From Caulobacteraceae bacterium (GTDB lineage Bacteria; Pseudomonadota; Alphaproteobacteria; Caulobacterales; Caulobacteraceae): DNA of 64,000 nt. Location: contig CANFKD010000001.1 of assembly GCA_947447115.1 (NCBI GenBank), positions 286 through 64,285 on the forward strand. Direction: 5' to 3'. Below the pieces are notes generated by a model. The model saw nothing but the letters and a program-made list of their open reading frames with translations, ran no database searches and was not told the origin of the DNA. Numbering within the stretch: the first letter of the stretch is position 1; each line of letters opens with the position of its first letter. This document shows, piece after piece, positions 1 to 8,650 of this stretch. Both the position numbers and the translations under genes were made by a program.

Positions 1-973
1 AGCGCTCCTGAACAGGCGGTGCGCTAAGACCAAACACAGCCTCATATTCATCAAGGATCAACTGATCGACGGCCTCAGAGGCGAAGGGATCTGGCGTTGG
101 GCCATAGTGGTGGCTGTCACCGACAACCAAACTGCCATCGGCGCTCTGCACCACGATTAGGTGAATACCATTGGCCAAATGGGCGGCCTGCTCGGCCTCA
201 AGCCTAGCGCGCACAGCGTGAGCCAGAGGCAAGGCACCGTAGCCCGCATAACGCACAAGGCCCAAATCGGACATGACCGCGCCCCAGAGCCGAAAGCCGG
301 GATCTGCCAGTCGAAGCATCTGGAGTTTGCATCGGGTAACCCCGTAGGCTGCAACCTGCTCTGGAAAGAGACTGATCAAATCGTCGCCAGGACAGACCGC
401 CACGCAATCGGCCTCAATCACCCCTTTGGTCGTGACGACCTTGCCGGTTTCAACGCCCACCACAGCGGTTTGGCGCATGAAGGTGACGCCGTGATGGTCA
501 GCGAGCCATGCGGCGACGGCGGGAATGGCTTGGCGCGATTCGACCCGCACCTCATGGGGACTCCAAAGTCCGCCCAGAAGCTCGGACCCGGCCAGATAGC
601 CATGATTGGCCTTGAGCGCTTTTGCGTCCAAGATCTCACAGCCCTCACCCATTTCGGTCTCAAGAAAGGCATCAAGCAGGTCCATGCTTTCAGGACGACG
701 GACCGCCATGACCAGACCGCGATGGATCAGGTCAATCCCAGCGGCCTCAGCCACCTCGACCCAAACATCGCGGGAGCGTTTGGCCCGAGCCCACATATCG
801 CCGCGTTCCTGTCCGGTTATGGTGATGAACCCAAAATTTCGGACAGAGGCCCCATTGGCCTGGGCATCGCGATCAATGACAACGACCCGTTTTCCGCGCC
901 TTGCCGCCGCTAAGGCCGTGGCCAATCCAACAATGCCTGCGCCCACCACTGCAAGATCATAGGAACGCGGCAT
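1..973 (-). CDS. FAD-dependent oxidoreductase (DAO family, possibly TIGR03364-like); 3' end runs off the window
   Basis: Missing from the ORF track because it has no stop inside the window. The reverse complement from 973 reads MPRSYDLAVVGAGIVGLATALAAARRGKRVVVIDRDAQANGASV, a GxGxxG FAD/Rossmann fingerprint. The same frame at positions 61..2 still reads LILDEYEAVFGLSAPPVQER with no stop. No minus-strand ORF ending at 973 is listed, so the frame must be open to the edge. Confidence 0.8.
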   Translation of the reverse strand, partial: MPRSYDLAVVGAGIVGLATALAAARRGKRVVVIDRDAQANGASVRNFGFITITGQERGDMWARAKRSRDVWVEVAEAAGIDLIHRGLVMAVRRPESMDLLDAFLETEMGEGCEILDAKALKANHGYLAGSELLGGLWSPHEVRVESRQAIPAVAAWLADHHGVTFMRQTAVVGVETGKVVTTKGVIEADCVAVCPGDDLISLFPEQVAAYGVTRCKLQMLRLADPGFRLWGAVMSDLGLVRYAGYGALPLAHAVRARLEAEQAAHLANGIHLIVVQSADGSLVVGDSHHYGPTPDPFASEAVDQLILDEYEAVFGLSAPPVQER

Positions 974-1146
974 AGGGATGGATTTCCAAACGAAAGGATG
1001 GGACGATTCTTAAGGCGATGTTTTTAGCTTAGATCTGTGACAAACCTAATCCTACTGCCGCGCGCCTGTCATGGAATCAAAACAAAAGGGTTGCGCAAGC
1101 CCATCGGTTCAAGCTGCTAGCCCAAGACTTTGCCGGAGACCTCGCC

Positions 1147-2445
1147 TTGACCACCCTCACCTTGAACGACAAGATTAGGCGCAGCCTGGTTCGAGCCAAT
1201 CCTATTGTCTTTACCCTCATTGCCGGGCTGGCAGGCTTTTGCGCCTATTTTTCCATGTATGCCTTTCGCAAGCCCTTCTCGGCCGCAACATTCGAGGCGG
1301 TTGACGGCTGGACCTTCGTTCTCGATTACAAGATCGCGCTGGTCTTGGCGCAGGTGGCCGGTTACGCCCTATCCAAATTGATCGGTATCAAGGTCATTGC
1401 AGAGATGGACCCCTTGCGCCGCGCGGGTGCAATCTTGGTCCTGATTGGGCTGTCATGGCTGGCCTTGGTGGCCTTTGCCCTCGTCCCCGCGCCGTGGAAC
1501 GTGGCTGCCCTGTTCTTCAATGGCTTGCCGCTTGGGATGATCTTCGGCTTGGTCTTTGGGTTCATGGAAGGTCGTCGTGTCTCAGAAGTCCTAGGCGCGA
1601 TGCTCTGTTCCAGCTTCATCCTGTCCTCGGGCGTCGTCAAATCCATCGGCGTGCTGATGATGACCTCAGGCCATGTCAGCGCCTTTTGGATGCCAGCCGC
1701 CGTGGGCTTGGTGTTCATGCCGCTTTTAGCCGTATCGGTCTGGATCTTAAGCTTGCTACCGCCGCCGTCTGCGGAAGACGAGGCCCAGCGCACGACCCGC
1801 GCGCCGATGAACGGGGCAGAACGGTCAGCCTTTCTCAGGCGATATGCACCCGGCCTCATCTTGCTCGTCCTGGCCTATGTGATGCTGACGGCCTTTCGCG
1901 ATTTTAGAGATAATTTCGCGGCTGAAATCTGGACGGCGCTGGGCTTTGGCAAGACCGCCAGCGTCTTTACCGCCAGCGAGGTGCCCGTCGCTGTGATCTC
2001 ACTCGCGGCCTTGGCGGCGGTCATGACGGTGCGCGATAATCTAAAGGCGCTTTTGGTCATCCACGGCGTTGTTGTGGGAGGCTTTCTCCTGCTAGGCCTG
2101 TCGACCTTGGCCTTCCAATCGGGACTTCTGTCCCCGCTCACCTGGATGATCCTCGCCGGAGCGGGGCTCTATATGAGCTATACGCCGTTCAACGCCATGC
2201 TGTTCGACCGTCTGGTGGCGGTGAGCGGACAGGTCGGAACGGCGGGATTTTTGATCTATGTGGCCGACTCATCGGGCTATGCCGGAAGCGTTGCGCTCCT
2301 GCTCTGGCGCAATTTTGGGGGCGTCACGCTCGACTGGCTGCAGTTCTTTATTCAAGCGGCCTATGGCACCAGCATCATCGGGGCAATCCTCGTCACAGCG
2401 GCGGGGTTCTATTTTCATCATCGTCAAAAAGCGCTGATAAAATAG
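1147..2445 (+). CDS. polytopic inner-membrane protein, transporter-like (DUF5690-like by recollection)
   Basis: 432 aa ORF with a TTG start. It has about 11-12 hydrophobic helices along its whole length and is divergent from the FAD oxidoreductase. The family name is recalled, not searched. Confidence 0.65.
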   Translation: MTTLTLNDKIRRSLVRANPIVFTLIAGLAGFCAYFSMYAFRKPFSAATFEAVDGWTFVLDYKIALVLAQVAGYALSKLIGIKVIAEMDPLRRAGAILVLIGLSWLALVAFALVPAPWNVAALFFNGLPLGMIFGLVFGFMEGRRVSEVLGAMLCSSFILSSGVVKSIGVLMMTSGHVSAFWMPAAVGLVFMPLLAVSVWILSLLPPPSAEDEAQRTTRAPMNGAERSAFLRRYAPGLILLVLAYVMLTAFRDFRDNFAAEIWTALGFGKTASVFTASEVPVAVISLAALAAVMTVRDNLKALLVIHGVVVGGFLLLGLSTLAFQSGLLSPLTWMILAGAGLYMSYTPFNAMLFDRLVAVSGQVGTAGFLIYVADSSGYAGSVALLLWRNFGGVTLDWLQFFIQAAYGTSIIGAILVTAAGFYFHHRQKALIK

Positions 2446-3571
2446 CCTCAGTCTGCTCCCCCAAGGTCGGGGCCCGGTGGCCAGCCATCCTTTGGCCGTT
2501 GATCATTACTGGACTGGCCAACATGTGCAGGCCCTCCGGCTTGGCGGGGTGGGCGACAATGTCTCTCATACCCACCTCAGCCACAAAGGGGTTTTCCAAG
2601 GCCGATTTGAGGTCCTTGACCGGTGCAAAAGGCACCTGACCGGCAAAGAGATCGCTCCAGTCCTGAGCCTTTCGGGTCATAAAGATCTCGTCTAGGGCAT
2701 TGGTCAGGTCAGCCAAGTGGGCGCGGCGAGCCGGAATGTCGGCAAATCGTGGATCCGCGGCCAGATCCATCCGTCCCGTTAGCGTGCAGAACAGGTCCCA
2801 AAATTTTGGTGTTTGGCACATTAATAGACCCCAGCCATCGGCAGTCTTGACCAGTTGTGACGGCGCTATGGATGGGTGAGCGCCGCGCGGCAGGCGCTCG
2901 GGCTCATAGCCCTCATTCATCGCCCAAACGGCCGGATAGGATGTCTGGTGAAGGGCAACATCGAACAGGGATACATCAACATCACAGCCTTCACCCGTGC
3001 TGCGTGCGCTCAAGATCGCCGAAACAATGCCAAGGGCAAAGACCGATCCCGTCATGAAATCGACCATCGATAGGCCAAGCCGGGTTGGCGGCGCATCCGG
3101 CTCGCCGGTCAAGCTCATCATCCCGCTTTCAGCCTGCATCAGATAGTCATAGCCCGGCCAATTCGCCCGGCTATTGTTGCGGCCATAGGCCGACAGATGG
3201 GCACAAACGATCGACGGCTTGATCGTCTTTAGATCATCGTAGGTCAGACCGAGCTTGCCCGGCTTATCGCCGCGCAGATTATTGACGACGGCATCGGCGC
3301 CCGCGACGAGCTTTTCAAAGATCGCCCGGCCCTCTGGGGTCTTGAGCTCTAGCGCAAGAGAAGACTTTGACCGTGAGAAGGTTTGAAAGAAGGCCGTGTC
3401 GCCCTCGCCCAGAAAATAGGGTCCAACAGAGCGGCTCACATCTCCGCCCATCGAAGGGGCCTCGATCTTAACGACCTCAGCGCCAAGCTCAGCCAGCAAT
3501 TGCGTGCCATAGGGCCCCGCCCCATAGAGCTCAACGGCGAGGATACGGACACCGGCTAAGGGGCGTTTCAT
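2393..3571 (-). CDS. CoA transferase, family III (CaiB/BaiF type)
   Basis: The N-terminus MKRPLAGVRILAVELYGAGPYGTQLLAELGAEVVKIE is typical of family III CoA transferases. The start is taken at the internal ATG (3571); the longest ORF begins at 3610. Confidence 0.85.
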   Translation of the reverse strand: MKRPLAGVRILAVELYGAGPYGTQLLAELGAEVVKIEAPSMGGDVSRSVGPYFLGEGDTAFFQTFSRSKSSLALELKTPEGRAIFEKLVAGADAVVNNLRGDKPGKLGLTYDDLKTIKPSIVCAHLSAYGRNNSRANWPGYDYLMQAESGMMSLTGEPDAPPTRLGLSMVDFMTGSVFALGIVSAILSARSTGEGCDVDVSLFDVALHQTSYPAVWAMNEGYEPERLPRGAHPSIAPSQLVKTADGWGLLMCQTPKFWDLFCTLTGRMDLAADPRFADIPARRAHLADLTNALDEIFMTRKAQDWSDLFAGQVPFAPVKDLKSALENPFVAEVGMRDIVAHPAKPEGLHMLASPVMINGQRMAGHRAPTLGEQTEAILSALFDDDENRTPPL

Positions 3572-3640
3572 AGATAGGTCCTTGATGCTTGAACCGGTGA
3601 CCTCGGTCATGGGCCAAAGCAGCTATAGGATAGGCCAGCC

Positions 3641-3853
3641 TCAATGGCCAATGGTGTGGCGGCGGCGCATCCTTGGAATGGGTGATGCAAGCCGCCGATT
3701 TTTGAAGGCGCTGATGGCTAGACGAGGCCGGATGGCAAAGAGGCCCAGCCAAACCAGCAACACCACCCCATAACGCAAAACACGATAGAGGGCGCCGCTA
3801 AGGCCCAAAAGGTCGGACGAAAGGCTGGGACGGTTAAGGGTAAGGTCGAACAT
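3641..3853 (-). CDS. hypothetical small membrane protein (70 aa)
   Basis: The ATG is preceded by GGAGA with a 7-nt spacer on the minus strand. It has one hydrophobic helix (YGVVLLVWLGLFAI) and a basic tail, and lies directly upstream of the CoA transferase on the same strand. No family was recognised. Confidence 0.3.
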   Translation of the reverse strand: MFDLTLNRPSLSSDLLGLSGALYRVLRYGVVLLVWLGLFAIRPRLAISAFKNRRLASPIPRMRRRHTIGH

Positions 3854-3899
3854 GATCGGGTCTCCGTGTGAACGAATTCCCTTTTGAAGGTACCTTACG

Positions 3900-4910
3900 T
3901 CAATTTCGGACGCCCCCGTCCGGCGTCAAGGCGAGCGCCGCCAATTTCAGCTGCTCGGCCAGAACCGATCTTAGACGGTCGGGCGCAAGGATCCGGATCT
4001 TGTCGCCCCAGCTGAACAGGTGCCAAGACAGTTCGGTCATACCGCTGGCCCGAAAGGCGATGGTCACCGAACCATCAGGATTCTGGGTCACGCTCTGGTG
4101 GCTATGAAAGCGCCAACGCAACGCATCCTCAGCGCCATGGGGCAGGATCTTGAGAACCACATCCTCCACATCATCCTGATAGATGCCAAAGCTCTGATCG
4201 GCATAGTCCTGCAACGAAAAGTCTTCGGGCGGGCTGGCGGGAACATCAAGGACCTCGATCTGACCCATGCGGTCGAGCCGCCAATTGCGCGGCAGCCCGA
4301 CGGCTTGACCCGGGACCAACTCAGCGGCAACCAGATAGTTGCTGCGGCCAAACAAAAGACCAAAAGGTACCACATCGCGCATTCGCCCCGGCGTGCTGCC
4401 GCCATCATATCGAAGCCGAAGGGCGCGCATGGACTTGATGGCCTCGCGCACCCTCGCCAGAACATCATCCTCTTCAAAGGGTCGCGGACCAGCCTGCACC
4501 GCGATGGTTTCGGCCTGAAGCAGGGCTTCAACATCGGGCGCTAGACGACGGCGTACACCGGGGCGCATCGACGCCATCAGTTTGGCTTCCAACGTGTTCA
4601 GGGCACCAGCACGATTTTGAGCGCCAGAACTGCTGAGCGCTTCCGAAGCGGTCCTAAGGGCCGCCAGCTCTTCGGCTGTCGGGGCTTGAAAAAGACCGTC
4701 TAGGCCAGAGGGAATGCGAAAGCGGCGGGTTGGTGGGTCGTCAATATCTTCCATCTGCGGGAACACTTCGCGCACGGCATCACGCATACGTTCCACCGTG
4801 CGCCGCCCGACCTCTAACCGGGAGGCCATCTCATCAAGGGTCAAGCCTTCGGCGGTTCCAGCCAGCATTCGGGCGAGGGTCAAGAGCCTCTGGGCCTTAT
4901 CGTGTCGCAT
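3900..4910 (-). CDS. WYL-domain transcriptional regulator (HTH-WYL-WCX architecture)
   Basis: N-terminal wHTH (LTLDEMASRLEVGRRTVERMRDAV), a central WYL-like core (LRLRYDGGSTPGRMRDVVPFGLLFGRSNYLVAAEL) and a C-terminal WCX-like end (SWGDKIRILAPDRLR). GGAG lies 6 nt upstream of the ATG at 4910. Confidence 0.85.
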   Translation of the reverse strand: MRHDKAQRLLTLARMLAGTAEGLTLDEMASRLEVGRRTVERMRDAVREVFPQMEDIDDPPTRRFRIPSGLDGLFQAPTAEELAALRTASEALSSSGAQNRAGALNTLEAKLMASMRPGVRRRLAPDVEALLQAETIAVQAGPRPFEEDDVLARVREAIKSMRALRLRYDGGSTPGRMRDVVPFGLLFGRSNYLVAAELVPGQAVGLPRNWRLDRMGQIEVLDVPASPPEDFSLQDYADQSFGIYQDDVEDVVLKILPHGAEDALRWRFHSHQSVTQNPDGSVTIAFRASGMTELSWHLFSWGDKIRILAPDRLRSVLAEQLKLAALALTPDGGVRN

Positions 4911-4997
4911 GGGGAACTCCAGATGATACGTCCGAATTTGACGCATATAACGGCCATAAGGTCAATACCGAACCTCGTGACCTCAAGAAAGCTCCCC

Positions 4998-5297
4998 ATG
5001 GCCCCCTATAAGCGCTTCGCCTCGACCTACCGCCCCGCCAAGGCGGCTACCTCCGTCAGGGCTCCCCTAACCGGCGCGATCATTGACGCGGTCTTGCGCC
5101 ATGCCGATCTTCATGAAGATCTGGGCTGTGGGCGCACGCTCATGCGGATCAGTCCCAAGCGGCTTGGCGATATTCAGGTCCGATCGGCGCTCGGCAACCA
5201 GTTGGACCGCGCCCTAGGGGTCAGCATCATCTGGAATGAACGCGAAGGCGAAATCCTGCGGGTTCTTGACCGGCCCGCAGGTCAATATGCGGCCTAA
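4998..5297 (+). CDS. hypothetical protein (99 aa), divergent from the WYL regulator
   Basis: ATG at 4998. Third codon positions are GC-rich, like the neighbouring genes. No motif was recognised. Confidence 0.35.
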   Translation: MAPYKRFASTYRPAKAATSVRAPLTGAIIDAVLRHADLHEDLGCGRTLMRISPKRLGDIQVRSALGNQLDRALGVSIIWNEREGEILRVLDRPAGQYAA

Positions 5298-5299
5298 CC

Positions 5300-5794
5300 C
5301 TAGCCCTGGGCATCCAAGGCGGCGATGAGGGCCCGCAAGGCTTCTTCGGCAAAGGCCTGCATATTAGCGCGCCGATCTGGGCTTGCGGTCTCAAGAGTTA
5401 AGACCCGCTCTATTGGTCCGCTAACCGCGATACAGCTATGGCCCGCCGCATCACCGTAAGGGTTTCCGGTTGGACCGGCCGCCCCTGTTTCTGACAGACC
5501 CCAATCGGTACGAAACCGCTCCTTAGCGGTTCGAGCCAGCAATAGGGCATAGGGCTCACTGGACGAGCGCATCCCTTCCACCGCATCGGCTTCGAGGGCC
5601 ATCAGCTTGCGCCGCGCGCGGCCGGTATAGACCACGGCGCCGCTGAGGAAATAGGCCGAAGCGCCTGGAACCGCCAATAGGGCTGCCGATAGGAGACCGC
5701 CCGAAGAGGATTCGGCGACCGCAATGGTTTGTTTGCGATCCTTAAGCCGCTGACCGGCCTCTTCTCCCAAGCGCCAAAGCTCTTCCATCGTCAT
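5300..5794 (-). CDS. CinA-family protein / nicotinamide-nucleotide amidohydrolase (PncC-like)
   Basis: 164 aa. QTIAVAESSSGGLLSAALLAVPGASAYFLSGAVVYT matches the CinA C-terminal domain signature. Confidence 0.85.
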   Translation of the reverse strand: MTMEELWRLGEEAGQRLKDRKQTIAVAESSSGGLLSAALLAVPGASAYFLSGAVVYTGRARRKLMALEADAVEGMRSSSEPYALLLARTAKERFRTDWGLSETGAAGPTGNPYGDAAGHSCIAVSGPIERVLTLETASPDRRANMQAFAEEALRALIAALDAQG

Positions 5795-5886
5795 AATCTC
5801 CCGTCGGTAACGCCACTATTGACCCGTTCAAGGGTTTTTACATGATTTACGCTAAGCTGCGCGAAAGCTGACAGGAGAGCAATAGG

Positions 5887-8568
5887 ATGACCTTCGATGA
5901 GTCGACCACGCGCCGGGTGGCGCAAAACGTCCGGCTTCTCGAGCGCCTGTTCAATGAGGCCCTCGCCTATCTGGACGGCGACGCCCGTCAGCAGGGTGTC
6001 CAAAAGGCAAGGGATGCCGACAACCAGGCCGGTGACCTGTCGAGCCTTTCGGCAGATGAAGCCGTCTATCTTGTTCGGGCCTTGGCCTGCCTATCGACCC
6101 TGACCAATATTGCCGAAGATGTGGCAGGGCGTCGCCAATTGGATGATGGGCAGTCGGGCGGCCTTCCTGCCACCTTAACCGGGGCCATAGCCCTTAAAGA
6201 GCGTGAAGGCGTATCGGAAGCCGACATCCAGTCGGTGTTGGACGAGATGCGCCTAACCCCCGTCCTGACCGCCCATCCCACAGAGATGCGCCGCGCTTCC
6301 GTGGTCGACCGCGAGTTTGAGGTCGCCCGGATCTTGGCCCTGCGCCGCCATAGCCTGCCGCGCACGCTGGATCTTTGGACGCAGGATGAACTTTTCCGCG
6401 CCGTCGCCCTGCTTTGGAAGACGCGGCTCCATCGCCCTGACCGGATTACGGTCAGTGATGAGATCGATAATACGTTGGGCTTTGTTCGGCGGGCGATTTT
6501 GCCGGCACTGGTTCGGCTCTATGGCGATTGGGACCGCGACTTGCCGGAGCAGGCGCCCTTCCCTCTCGTGGTTGGCTTGGGGTCTTGGATTGGCGGCGAC
6601 CGCGATGGCCATCCCCATGTCGACGATGTGACCTTAAAGCTGGCTCTGGCCGAACAGGGCCAAGTCATCTTCGCCTGGTATCTTGATCAGTTAGATCAGC
6701 TCGAATCAGAGCTGACCCTGTCGGTCACCTTGGCTCCGGTCTCGGACGAGGTCATGGAATTGGCAAGGCGATCGGCACAACATTCGGTTCACCGCGCCGA
6801 CGAGCCCTATCGCCGGGCCCTGACCTATATTCACGACCGAGTTCTGGCCACCGCTGAGCGACTAAAGGCCTCTCCTGTCGGTGCTCCCAAAGCCGCCGCC
6901 CAGGCTCAAGCCTACGGCGCCGTTTCCGAACTGGTCCATGATCTGTCGGTCATTCGTGACAGCCTGATTGCCCATGGCGGTGAGCGGTTGGTGGGAACCA
7001 CCCTGAAGGTCTTGCTGCAGATTGTGCGTTGCTGCGGCTTTCACCTCCTGTCGCTCGATCTTCGCCAAAATTCCGATGTCCATGAACGGGTGATGGCTGA
7101 TCTCTTTGCCCAATCCCCAACACCGATCGACTATCTTGGGCTTTCAGAGGATCAAAGGATCGAGCTTCTGATTGAACAGCTCTCGGACGAGCGCGTCCTG
7201 CGCTGGCCCTTTGCGTCCTATTCAGCCGAAACCAAGCGTGAGCTTCGGATATTGGACGCAGCGGCCGAGACCGTGTCCGCCTATGGTCCAGAGGCCATCG
7301 GTGCCTATGTGGTGTCTAAGGCCGCATCCGTTTCCGACATCCTTGAACCCTTGGTCCTGCTCAAACAGGCGGGCCTTGTCTTTGGCGGTGCCGCGCCAAG
7401 GTCAATGCTTGGCGTCGCGCCCCTCTTTGAAACCATTGGCGACCTCGAAGCGGCCCCCGCTATCATTGAGCGCTGGCTCAAACTGCCCATTACGCGGTCC
7501 CTCCTTGGACCAAAAGCGACCCAAGAGGTGATGTTGGGCTATTCGGACAGCAATAAGGACGGGGGCTACACCGCCTCGCGTTGGTCGCTGCATCGGTCAT
7601 CGTCCGACATTCTCAAGGTCTGCGACCAGCAGGGCGTGGGTCTGCAGCTGTTTCACGGCCGGGGCGGATCGGTCGGACGCGGCGGCGGCTCGAGCTTTGC
7701 CGCCATCCTTGCCCAGCCCGCCGGAACGGTGCGCGGGCGCATGCGGGTCACCGAACAGGGTGAGATGATCGCGCGCAAATTTGGTGATGAGGTTTCGGCG
7801 CGCAAATCCTTGGACAGTGCCTGCGCCGCCGTCTTCCTCGCCACCTTGCGCCAAGAGGGCGACACGACCTCTAAAGCACTGGATGCAAGGTTTGGCCCGG
7901 CCATGAGCGCCATTACCGATGCCTCCTGCGAAGCCTATCAGGATCTGGTCTATCGCGATCCGGCCTTTGCAGGCTTTTTCCGTACAGCCACGCCGATTTC
8001 CGAAATCATTGACCTAAAGATCGGCAGTCGGCCCGCCTCACGCACCAAATCGGGCCGGATTGAAGACCTGCGCGCCATTCCCTGGGTCTTTAGCTGGTCC
8101 CAGTCTCGGTTCATGCTGCCGGGATGGTACGGCTTTACCTCGGGGGTCAGGGCCGCCAACATCAGCATCAGCCAACTGAGCGAAATGGCTCAGGGCTGGG
8201 GGTTTTTGGACACTTTTCTGGCCAATATGGAAATCGCCTTAGCCCAAAGTGATATGGCCATGGCCAGCGCCTATGCCGGTCTTGCCCCAGATCGCGCCCA
8301 TGCCGAACGGATCTATGAGACGATCCATAGGGAATGGAAGGCGACAGAGGATCTGATCCTCAAGGTTCGAGGCACGACAAGCCTGTTGCAAAGCCAGCCG
8401 GACCTTGCTGCCTCTATTGCCCTGTCAAAGCCCTGCCTTGATCCGCTTAACCGATTGCAGATCGAGCTCTTGTCTCGGCGTCGGCGAGGCGAAAACAGCG
8501 AGGCCGTTCAGCTTGGCATTCAATTAACTCTCAATGGCATTGCGGCGGCCTTGCGCAACACAGGTTAA
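5887..8568 (+). CDS. ppc: phosphoenolpyruvate carboxylase
   Basis: 893 aa with the hallmark motifs VLTAHPTE, GYSDSNKDGG and FHGRGGSVGRGGG, and the C-terminal NTG. Confidence 0.95.
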   Translation: MTFDESTTRRVAQNVRLLERLFNEALAYLDGDARQQGVQKARDADNQAGDLSSLSADEAVYLVRALACLSTLTNIAEDVAGRRQLDDGQSGGLPATLTGAIALKEREGVSEADIQSVLDEMRLTPVLTAHPTEMRRASVVDREFEVARILALRRHSLPRTLDLWTQDELFRAVALLWKTRLHRPDRITVSDEIDNTLGFVRRAILPALVRLYGDWDRDLPEQAPFPLVVGLGSWIGGDRDGHPHVDDVTLKLALAEQGQVIFAWYLDQLDQLESELTLSVTLAPVSDEVMELARRSAQHSVHRADEPYRRALTYIHDRVLATAERLKASPVGAPKAAAQAQAYGAVSELVHDLSVIRDSLIAHGGERLVGTTLKVLLQIVRCCGFHLLSLDLRQNSDVHERVMADLFAQSPTPIDYLGLSEDQRIELLIEQLSDERVLRWPFASYSAETKRELRILDAAAETVSAYGPEAIGAYVVSKAASVSDILEPLVLLKQAGLVFGGAAPRSMLGVAPLFETIGDLEAAPAIIERWLKLPITRSLLGPKATQEVMLGYSDSNKDGGYTASRWSLHRSSSDILKVCDQQGVGLQLFHGRGGSVGRGGGSSFAAILAQPAGTVRGRMRVTEQGEMIARKFGDEVSARKSLDSACAAVFLATLRQEGDTTSKALDARFGPAMSAITDASCEAYQDLVYRDPAFAGFFRTATPISEIIDLKIGSRPASRTKSGRIEDLRAIPWVFSWSQSRFMLPGWYGFTSGVRAANISISQLSEMAQGWGFLDTFLANMEIALAQSDMAMASAYAGLAPDRAHAERIYETIHREWKATEDLILKVRGTTSLLQSQPDLAASIALSKPCLDPLNRLQIELLSRRRRGENSEAVQLGIQLTLNGIAAALRNTG

Positions 8569-8650
8569 GGTGACGCAGTTCAAGTGGGGCTCGCGGTTTG
8601 CGAAAGCCGCGACCTTGGGTTAGGCTGACGGTTGAAACCCATAAAGTGTC

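Noticed and set aside
161-962. Plus-strand ORFs 161..913 (250 aa) and 606..962 (118 aa).
   Set aside because: They are antisense to the well-supported FAD oxidoreductase (GxGxxG N-terminus at 973 on the minus strand). The translations are low-complexity and have no motifs.
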